From: Myxococcota bacterium
Lineage (GTDB): Bacteria; Myxococcota_A; UBA9160; UBA6930
Length of the DNA stretch: 64,000 nucleotides
NCBI GenBank assembly: GCA_965223415.1
Contig: OZ245002.1
Coordinates: forward strand, 544,001-608,000
Direction: 5' to 3'
In this document: positions 56,720-64,000 of the stretch, piece by piece
How the letters are laid out: each line of letters opens with the position of its first letter
How positions within the stretch are numbered: the stretch's first letter is position 1
Made by a program: the position numbers and the translations under genes
Notes under the pieces: model-generated
What the model was told of the DNA's origin: nothing
Databases searched by the model: none
The model's input: the letters and a program-made list of their open reading frames with translations, nothing else

Positions 56720-57640
56720 GTGGCCCTCGACCTCCTCGCCACGGCCCACGTCAACCTGAACTGCCGGCAGCTCGCGGTCTCGCGGCGCTTCTACGAGCAG
56801 GCCCTCGGCCTGAAGGGGCTGGTGCACACGGATCCGGAGGCCCAGGACGGCCGCGCCTTCGGGCTCTCGGGCCCGATCCGGTGGGACGCCTGGATGCTCC
56901 ACGACGGGCGGGCCCTGGGTGCGGCGGCGATCGACCTGCTGGAGTGGAAGCAGCCGCGGCCGATCGGGGAGGTGGACGCGGCGCCGGGCCGGCTCGGCCT
57001 GGCGCGCCTGGCCTTCGGCGCGCCCGACCTGGAGGCCGCGCGGGCCCGGATTGGCGCGGCGGGTGCGCGGCAGCTCTCGAAGGTCGCGCAGCTTCCGCTT
57101 CCGGGCGGAGAGGTACAGGCTGCCTTCGGTGCGCGGGACCCGGACGGCTGCGCCCTGCTCGTCACCCTCGCTGAGGAATCGCGCCTCGACCATGTGGAGA
57201 TCGGCTGCACGGATCTCGCCGGCTCGGCGGCCTGGTTCGGCGACGTCCTGGGCCTGGTTCCTCTTGGCGAGCAGGAGGCGGAGGCTGCGCCCGGCGAGCC
57301 CTTCGGCAGCGCGGGAACCGTGTCCTGGAGCGCCCGGTCCCTCGCCCTGCCCGGCCAGGAGCCCGGCGGCTTCCGCGTCGCTCTGATGGCGTGGCGGGAG
57401 CCGGGGCCGAACGGCGCGCCCGCCGCCGAGGCCAATCACCTTGGCCTCTACCGCATGGCCTTCCTCACCGACGACATCGACCGGGACCACCGCGAGCTGC
57501 GGGGCCTCGGCGTCGCCGCGCTGACGGAGCCCGTGACCCTCGACCTGGGCCCCTCCTGCCCGGCGCCAAGCTGCCGCGCCCTCTTCTTCCGCGACCCCGA
57601 CGGCAACTGCCTCGAGCTCATCGAGACGCCGACAACTTAA
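56720..57640 (+). CDS. VOC family protein (two-domain)
   Basis: HVNLNC, FYEQALG, RDPDG twice, LELIE. Confidence 0.82.
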   Translation: MALDLLATAHVNLNCRQLAVSRRFYEQALGLKGLVHTDPEAQDGRAFGLSGPIRWDAWMLHDGRALGAAAIDLLEWKQPRPIGEVDAAPGRLGLARLAFGAPDLEAARARIGAAGARQLSKVAQLPLPGGEVQAAFGARDPDGCALLVTLAEESRLDHVEIGCTDLAGSAAWFGDVLGLVPLGEQEAEAAPGEPFGSAGTVSWSARSLALPGQEPGGFRVALMAWREPGPNGAPAAEANHLGLYRMAFLTDDIDRDHRELRGLGVAALTEPVTLDLGPSCPAPSCRALFFRDPDGNCLELIETPTT

Positions 57641-57667
57641 CAAACGGAACCGGCGCCCAACTTAACG
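57632..57667. repeat. AT-rich 36-bp intergenic repeat, type A copy 3
   Basis: ACAACTTAACAAACGGAACCGGCGCCCAACTTAACG. Confidence 0.9.
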
Positions 57668-58867
57668 GCGGCGTTCCCAGCGGTGGAGGATGGGGAAGGC
57701 GACGAGGGCGAGGAGGATTTCGCTGGCGCCGGCGACGGCGAAGGCGGCGCGGTAGCCGGCCTGCCAGCCGGCGCTCTCGGCGACGAGCTGGCTGACGAGG
57801 CCTCCGGTGAGAGGGCCGATGATGAAGCCGAGGCTGCCGGCGGCGTTGAAGGCGCCCATGGAGGTGGTGCGCACCCGTTCGGGCGTGAGCTCGGTGGTCA
57901 TCAGCATGGAGGGGACGAACATCACAGCGGCCGCGGCTCCGTTCAGCAGCATCAGCAGCCAGAGCTGCTCCTTCGGCCAGTAGCCGACGCTCGCGACGAA
58001 GCCGCCGTACACCAGGCTTCCGCCGCACAGGAGCATCGCCCGGGAGGTCCGTTGCGAGAGGAGCCCGAAGGGGAAGGAGAAGAGCGCGAAGGGGAGCATG
58101 AAGGTGGCGATCAGCACGCCGATGCTCGGCGGCGGCAGCTCGTGGATGTTCCCGAGGAAGAGCGAGAAGGTCGAGGTGAAGAAGCCGACCGTGAAGCGGT
58201 CGGCGAAGGCGAAGAGCAACGGCACCACGAGCAGGCGGTTGGCGCGCACCAGCCGGCCGATCTGCCGCAGGCCGGGCCGGGCTTCACTGGGCTCGCCCGT
58301 CTCGCGCAGCAGGGCGACGGCGAGCACGGCCGCCATCGCCACGATCGCCGCACCCACGTAGAGGGGCCGCACCGGGTCGCCCCGCCCCAGTACGCCGCCC
58401 AGCGGCGCGCCGAGGGCGACGCCCAGCAGGAGCCCGGCACCGGTCACGCCCATCACCGCCCCGCGCCCTTCGATGCCCCGCGCCCCGGCCGCGAGCCCGA
58501 GCAGCAGCGAGAGGGCGAAGATGTGGGCGCAGCCCTCGAAGAAGCGCACGGCCAGGAACCCGGGGAAGGGCACGTCCCGCGTCAGGCCGAGGAAGCAGAG
58601 GGCGTCGACCAGCAAGGCGGCGGCGATCAGTCGCGGGCGGCCGCCGAAGCGATCCGCGAACGCTCCAGACAGGGGCGCCGCCAGCACCGCGCCCACCATG
58701 TTGATGGACATGAAGAGCGAGGTGAGGAGCTCCGAGACCCCGAAGCGCTCCTGCACCAGCTCCCGCAGCACGGGCACCGGCAGGGTGACCGGCATCAGGA
58801 TCAGCACGGCGAGCAGGCCCAGCGCCGCCACGCGCCCCCGCGAGTAGAGCTGCCCCTCCAGGTCCAT
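57662..58867 (-). CDS. MFS transporter
   Basis: About 12 hydrophobic segments; GAFADRFGGR motif A; GFIIGPLTGG. Confidence 0.88.
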   Translation of the reverse strand: MDLEGQLYSRGRVAALGLLAVLILMPVTLPVPVLRELVQERFGVSELLTSLFMSINMVGAVLAAPLSGAFADRFGGRPRLIAAALLVDALCFLGLTRDVPFPGFLAVRFFEGCAHIFALSLLLGLAAGARGIEGRGAVMGVTGAGLLLGVALGAPLGGVLGRGDPVRPLYVGAAIVAMAAVLAVALLRETGEPSEARPGLRQIGRLVRANRLLVVPLLFAFADRFTVGFFTSTFSLFLGNIHELPPPSIGVLIATFMLPFALFSFPFGLLSQRTSRAMLLCGGSLVYGGFVASVGYWPKEQLWLLMLLNGAAAAVMFVPSMLMTTELTPERVRTTSMGAFNAAGSLGFIIGPLTGGLVSQLVAESAGWQAGYRAAFAVAGASEILLALVAFPILHRWERRR

Positions 58868-58928
58868 CGCGGCCGGAGGGTAGCCCGCGCTACCCTGGCG
58901 GCCCTTCCCCTCGCACCGAGGAGCCGTC

Positions 58929-60014
58929 ATGAAGGCCGCTGTCCTGCGCGCGTACAACACCCCCCTCGAAATCGAGGACGTCCAGCTGGCCGATCCGGGC
59001 CCCCACGAGGTGCGGGTGCGCACCGCCGCCTGCGGCGTGTGCCACAGCGACCTCCACTGCCTCGAAGGCGGCCTGCCGGTTCCGCCGCCGATGGTGCTCG
59101 GCCATGAGCCCGCCGGCATCGTCGAGCAGGTCGGCGCCGAAGTCACCTACGTGAAGCCCGGCGACCGCGTGATCGGCTGCCTCTCGGCCTTCTGCGGGAA
59201 CTGCGAGTACTGCCTGCGCGGCGAGCCCAACCTGTGCGGCGGCGAGGCCACCGGTCGCGCCGCCGACGCGCCGCCGCGGATCTCGAAGGGCGACGAGACG
59301 ATCCACCAGTTCGCCCATCTCTCCGCCTTCGCGGAGGAGATGCTGGTCCACGAGAACGCGCTGGTAAAGATCAAGGAAGAGATGCCCCTCGAGCAGGCCG
59401 CGCTCATCGGCTGCGGTGTCACCACCGGCCTGGGCGCAGCGCTGAACACGGCGAAGGTGCGCGCCGGCGAGACCGCCGTGGTGATCGGCTGTGGCGGCGT
59501 CGGCCTGGCGGCGATCCAGGGCTGCCACATCGCCGGCGCCGGACGGGTGATCGCCGTCGACACCGTGCCGTGGAAGCTCGAGCTGGCCCAGAAGCTCGGC
59601 GCCAGCGAGGGCATCAACGCCAAGGACGGCGACGCGGTCGCGGCCGTGCTGGAGGCGACCGGCGGTGGCGTCGACTATGCCTTCGAGTGCATCGGCACGC
59701 CGACCACCTGCCAGCAGGCGGCCATGATGATCCGCAAGGGCGGCACCTGCGTGCTCGTCGGCGTGGTTCCGATCGGCGTGGGCGTCGAGTTCCAGGCCCT
59801 CGACATCGTCCTCCAGGGCAAGTCGATCATCGGCTCGATGATGGGCTCGAACCGCTTCCGCATCGACATGCCGCGCTTCGTCGATTTCTACCTCGACGGC
59901 CGGCTCAAGCTCGACGAGATGATCTCGACGCGCCTCAGCCTCGATGAGGTGAACACCTCTTTCGAGAAGATGAAGGCTGGAGAGATCGCGCGCAGCGTCA
60001 TCGCGTTCCAGTAG
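58929..60014 (+). CDS. Zn-dependent alcohol dehydrogenase
   Basis: GVCHSD, GHEPAG, CGNCEYC...C, GCGVTTG, GCGGVG. Confidence 0.92.
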   Translation: MKAAVLRAYNTPLEIEDVQLADPGPHEVRVRTAACGVCHSDLHCLEGGLPVPPPMVLGHEPAGIVEQVGAEVTYVKPGDRVIGCLSAFCGNCEYCLRGEPNLCGGEATGRAADAPPRISKGDETIHQFAHLSAFAEEMLVHENALVKIKEEMPLEQAALIGCGVTTGLGAALNTAKVRAGETAVVIGCGGVGLAAIQGCHIAGAGRVIAVDTVPWKLELAQKLGASEGINAKDGDAVAAVLEATGGGVDYAFECIGTPTTCQQAAMMIRKGGTCVLVGVVPIGVGVEFQALDIVLQGKSIIGSMMGSNRFRIDMPRFVDFYLDGRLKLDEMISTRLSLDEVNTSFEKMKAGEIARSVIAFQ

Positions 60015-60021
60015 GCCCGGG

Positions 60022-61062
60022 ATGAAGGCGCTCGTCTACCACGGCAAGGAGGATGTGCGCGTCGAGTCCGTCCCGGACCCGACGCCGCCGGACGCCCGCG
60101 GCGCGATCGTGAAGGTGGAGCGCGCCGCGATCTGCGGCTCCGACCTCCATCTGTACCACGGCGACATGCCCGTGCCGCCGGGCTTCGCCCTCGGCCACGA
60201 GTTCGTGGGCGAGGTGGCGGAGGTCGGCAGCGAGGTCCAGGACGTGCGCGCCGGCGATCGCGTGCTGGTGTCGGGGGTGATCGGCTGTGGGGCGTGCGCA
60301 CGGTGCCTTCGGGGCGAAGTCGTGCGCTGCGAGCGCCAGGGCACGAAGGTGTTCGGCGTGGGGCCGGAGCTGCCCGGCGGCCAGGCCGAAGCCGTGGCCG
60401 TGCCCGGGGCGGATCACGCCATCCGCCGCATCCCCGACGGCGTAAGCGTGGAGCAGGCCGTGCTGCTGACCGACATCCTGCCGACCGGCTACTTCGGCGC
60501 CCGCAACGCGGACATCGAGCCCGGCGAGACGGTGGTGGTGATCGGCGCGGGCCCCGTGGGTCTCCTGGCCCTGATGTCCGCCCAGCTCTTCGGGCCCGCG
60601 CGGGTGCTGGTCGTCGATCGGGTCCCCGAGCGCCTCGCCCTGGCCGCCGAGCTGGGCGGAACGCCGGTGCCCGCCGACGAAGCCGACGCCGCCGTGGCCG
60701 AGCACACGAACGAGCAGGGCGCCGATCGGGTGATCGAGGCCGTCGGCGCCGACGCCACGATCCTGAAGGCCCTCGAGTGGGTGCGGCCGGCGGGCACCGT
60801 CTCGATCGTCGGCGTGAACACCAGCCCGGCCCTGCCCTTCCCGATGGCCCTTGCCCTGATGAAGGACCTGACCCTGCGGGTGGGCCTGGTCCCGGTCCCG
60901 GAGCTCTGGCCGGCGCTGATCCCCCTCGTCGCCGCGGGCCGCCTCCAGCCCGAGCGCGTCTTCACCCATCGCATGGGGCTGTCGGAGGGCAGCGAGGCCT
61001 ACCGTCGCTTCAACGCCCGGCGGGACGGCATCTTGAAGGTGCTGCTGGACCCGAGTCGCTAG
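60022..61062 (+). CDS. Zn-dependent alcohol/formaldehyde dehydrogenase-like protein
   Basis: ICGSDLH, GHEFVG, CGACARC...C, DILPTGY, GAGPVG. Confidence 0.9.
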   Translation: MKALVYHGKEDVRVESVPDPTPPDARGAIVKVERAAICGSDLHLYHGDMPVPPGFALGHEFVGEVAEVGSEVQDVRAGDRVLVSGVIGCGACARCLRGEVVRCERQGTKVFGVGPELPGGQAEAVAVPGADHAIRRIPDGVSVEQAVLLTDILPTGYFGARNADIEPGETVVVIGAGPVGLLALMSAQLFGPARVLVVDRVPERLALAAELGGTPVPADEADAAVAEHTNEQGADRVIEAVGADATILKALEWVRPAGTVSIVGVNTSPALPFPMALALMKDLTLRVGLVPVPELWPALIPLVAAGRLQPERVFTHRMGLSEGSEAYRRFNARRDGILKVLLDPSR

Positions 61063-61075
61063 GCCCCGGGGCCGG

Positions 61076-63661
61076 TCAACGGGAAGCCAGCAGGCCGCCG
61101 ACCTGCTGCAGCAGCACCGTGGGACCGAACGGCTTCGGAAGCAACGGGACGTCCTCGGGCCAGGATCGGTCCCGGTCCGGGTGGCCACTCATCACCAGGG
61201 CCGGCAGGCCCGGCGCCCGCGCGCGGATCGACTCCACGGCGGTGAGACCGTCGCAGCCGGGCATGCTGAGATCGAAGAGCAGCAGATCCACCTCGTCCAC
61301 GTGGGCGTCGAAGAGCTTGATCGCCGCCTCCCCGTCCTCGGCCTCCAGCACCCGGTAGCCCGCCCGCTCCAGAGCCGCCCGGGTCATGCGCCGGACCCCG
61401 GGCTCGTCCTCGGCCAGGAGGATCGTGCCCTCGCCGGTGGGACCGAAGGGCAGCTCCCCGCGCTCCTGCAACGGCGCCTGGAGCTTGGCTGCCGGCCACA
61501 CCACGCGGAACATGCTGCCACGGCCGAGGCTGCTGCGAACCGCGATGCTCCCCCCGTGGGCCTCGACGATGCCGTAGACCACGGCGAGCCCCAGGCCCGT
61601 GCCGTGCCCTTTCCCCTTGGTCGTGTAGAAGGGATCGAAGATCCGGCGCTTCGTGGCGGCGTCCATCCCGACTCCGTCGTCGGTGACCGTCACCTCCAGG
61701 CTCTGGCCGCCGTCGATGCTGCGCGCCTGTAGCACGATGCTCCCCTCCTCCCCCACCGCGTCCCGCGCGTTGAGCAGGAGGTTCGTGACCACCCGTCGCA
61801 GCTCGGTCGCGTCGGCGGCGGCCGGCGGGATGCCGGGCTCGGTCCGCACTTCCAGCTTCACGGCGGGCCCGAGCGAGGGACGCAACAACGCCTCGATCTC
61901 CAGGAAGAGACGGTTCAGGTGGACGGATCCGTCGGCCCGCGGACCCTGGCGGGCGAAGGCCAGGAGGCCCTGGGTGAGCTCGGCGCAATGCTCGGCGGCT
62001 CGTTCGAGATCCTGCAGCGGCCCGGTGGCGGCAGCGTCCTCGGGAAGCTCGTGGAGGAGCAGCCGGGCGTTGCCCAGGATGCCCGTCAGCTGGTTGTTGA
62101 AGTCGTGGGCGAGCCCTCCCGCCAGGGTCCCGAGCGTCTCCATGCGATCGGCGTGCTGCATCCGCTCGACGATGCGCCGCTCCGCGGTGACGTCGTGGGT
62201 GACCCAGACCCGGCCGAGCGGGGTGCCGTCGGGCCCGCGCACCGCCTGGGCGCTCATCCACAGGACGCGCCCGTCATCCTCGGGGAAGCGCAGCTCGAAG
62301 GCGTCCAGGGGAAGCACCTGGGAGCCTCCCAGGCGCAGCAGGTGCGCGTCCAGGTGGGGTCGCACCGCCCTCTCGAGGCGACCGCGGATCGTCAGCATGA
62401 CGTCCTGCACCTCCTTGCCGAGCCAGGCCTCCGGTGCGCCGAGATCGAACTGTGCCGCGATCGTGCGGTTCATCAGCTGGATGCGACCACTGCCGTCGGT
62501 GAGCAGGATGCCGACCGGCACCGCCTCGAGCAGCGCCCGCGTGTTGCTTCGGCCGACCTCCAGGGAGTACGCCTGACGCTCCGCCTCCTCCCGGGCCCGC
62601 GCCACCCGGAGCGCGGAGGCCACGACCTGCGCCAGCTCCTCGACGAACTCCGTGCGCTCGGCGAGCGGGCTCGGCGAGGGAGAAAAGACCGCCACCAGCA
62701 CGCCGACCAGCTCGCCGTCCATCCGCACGGGGGCGAAGAAGCCGTCTCCGTCGGAGAGGATCCACGCGACGCTGGCCAGAGCCGGGTCGTCCTCCGCGAC
62801 GAGCCGCATCGCGCCCTCGGCGCCGACGGCGCGTCGGCCCAGGCCGTCGTCGAGCCCCACGTGCCGGAGGTCCCGGGGCAACCTGGGGCCCCGCGGGCTC
62901 GGCAACAGGCGCAGCACATCACCCTCGCGCTTCCAGACGCCGATCAGCGGCGCCACCGCGGCCGCGCCGAGCTCCTCGGCGAGACGAGCGAGGAGCCGGT
63001 CCGCGTCGCCGGGCTCCCGCGCCAGGTCGGCGACACGACGCAGGAGCCTGCGCTCTTCCCGCACCTCCTGCTGGCGTCGGCCGGCCCGCTCGACCAGGCT
63101 GACGAGCTGGAACGCGCCGGTGCTGAAGCCCAGCACGAGCCAGGCCGTCACCGCCGCCGCGTGAGGGGCTCCGAGCTGGTCCGGGTCCAGGATCCGCAGG
63201 GTCGCGAGACCGAAGATCAAGGCGGCGAGGCCGTACTCGGCGGCGGCCGCCTTCGTGGCCCGCGCGTAGCGCCATACCCGCAACGCGGACGCCAACAGCA
63301 TCCCGGCGCAGATCAGGCCGGAAACGAGCTGGGCCGGAGGGGAAGGCCGCAGGAAGAGGAGGCCGACGACGGGCAACCCCAGCCACGACCAGCGCGAAAG
63401 GGGCACGGCCATGGGGTGCCGGGTGAAGGCGAGCGCGCCGGCCAGGAACAGGGCGGCGAAGGCGTAGGCAGCGACGGCCGTGAGCGGCTCGACGATCGGG
63501 TGCGCCCGATCCAGCTCGCCGAGCACACCGGTCAATACCAGGACGCACCAGGCCGCCGCCCAGAGGGGCGCGGCCCGGAGGTGCGCGTAGCTCGACCTCA
63601 GATACAGAAAGGCCGCAATGGCGGCGAGGCCCGCCGGCAGCACCTTCCAGAGCTCGTCCAA
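61076..63661 (-). CDS. Hybrid sensor kinase (multi-TM, GAF-like, PAS, HisKA-HATPase, REC)
   Basis: About 7 N-terminal TM segments, AHDFNNQL, NARDA, FDPFYTTK, GTGLGL, LLAEDE, FDLSMP, KPF; TTG start. Confidence 0.9.
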   Translation of the reverse strand: MDELWKVLPAGLAAIAAFLYLRSSYAHLRAAPLWAAAWCVLVLTGVLGELDRAHPIVEPLTAVAAYAFAALFLAGALAFTRHPMAVPLSRWSWLGLPVVGLLFLRPSPPAQLVSGLICAGMLLASALRVWRYARATKAAAAEYGLAALIFGLATLRILDPDQLGAPHAAAVTAWLVLGFSTGAFQLVSLVERAGRRQQEVREERRLLRRVADLAREPGDADRLLARLAEELGAAAVAPLIGVWKREGDVLRLLPSPRGPRLPRDLRHVGLDDGLGRRAVGAEGAMRLVAEDDPALASVAWILSDGDGFFAPVRMDGELVGVLVAVFSPSPSPLAERTEFVEELAQVVASALRVARAREEAERQAYSLEVGRSNTRALLEAVPVGILLTDGSGRIQLMNRTIAAQFDLGAPEAWLGKEVQDVMLTIRGRLERAVRPHLDAHLLRLGGSQVLPLDAFELRFPEDDGRVLWMSAQAVRGPDGTPLGRVWVTHDVTAERRIVERMQHADRMETLGTLAGGLAHDFNNQLTGILGNARLLLHELPEDAAATGPLQDLERAAEHCAELTQGLLAFARQGPRADGSVHLNRLFLEIEALLRPSLGPAVKLEVRTEPGIPPAAADATELRRVVTNLLLNARDAVGEEGSIVLQARSIDGGQSLEVTVTDDGVGMDAATKRRIFDPFYTTKGKGHGTGLGLAVVYGIVEAHGGSIAVRSSLGRGSMFRVVWPAAKLQAPLQERGELPFGPTGEGTILLAEDEPGVRRMTRAALERAGYRVLEAEDGEAAIKLFDAHVDEVDLLLFDLSMPGCDGLTAVESIRARAPGLPALVMSGHPDRDRSWPEDVPLLPKPFGPTVLLQQVGGLLASR

Positions 63662-64000
63662 GCCGCCCCTCCTCGACGGGTCAGGATATCACCCGCGTCG
63701 TGTCGGGCCTCGGCGACCAGCGAGCCAGCACGCCCTACGTGCCGATTCCCGCTCAAGAGGGCCAGACCCTTCTCTTTCGTGAGGAGCTGCGCCATGGCCC
63801 TTCGTCTGGTGTGCCCCCGATCTCGGACCCGGCGAACCCGGCGCTGTGGGTCCTGACGCCGGTGCGCGCCCTCCTCGCGACCGGCATGCTGGCCGCGTCG
63901 GTGTGCCTGTGGCTCAGCTTCTTCCCGCCGGGCGTTGCCGGAGCTGGCTGCTCAGGAACGCATCGTGGGCCCGGGCGCCGCTCTCGGGCGCAGGGCTGGG

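Overview
A high-GC bacterial window densely packed with about 63 genes. The content is mostly lipid/aromatic catabolism and redox enzymes: SDRs, three Zn-dependent alcohol dehydrogenases, a FAD monooxygenase, VOC proteins, a P450, a CoA-transferase, a thiolase-like protein and an amidase. It also carries stress and housekeeping genes (moaA, fdxA, grxD, cnoX, polB, hemF, arfB, xth, msrA, selD) and several signalling proteins. The gene content suggests a Myxococcota-like organism, which is an inference only. I saw no rRNA, tRNA, CRISPR array, transposase or phage gene. Main observations: (1) A hidden selenoprotein. The ORFs 2536..3234 and 3295..3600 are in one frame, separated only by a UGA that sits at the second Cys of an AhpD N-x-C-x-Y-C-x-x-x-H motif (CFYU). 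A SECIS-like hairpin follows the UGA, the gene closes a FAD-monooxygenase/VOC operon, and selD lies 15 kb away. (2) A family of AT-rich intergenic repeats at six loci, including a perfect 38-bp inverted repeat. Most lie at convergent gene ends, and nine genes take their stop codon from them. (3) A probably exported S9-peptidase homologue that has lost both the catalytic Ser and His. (4) A tandem palindromic operator pair beside a WYL/YafY regulator. (5) A CpxR-box-like site upstream of a His-rich Spy/CpxP-like gene and its two-component system. All product calls come from motif recognition by eye; no database search was run.
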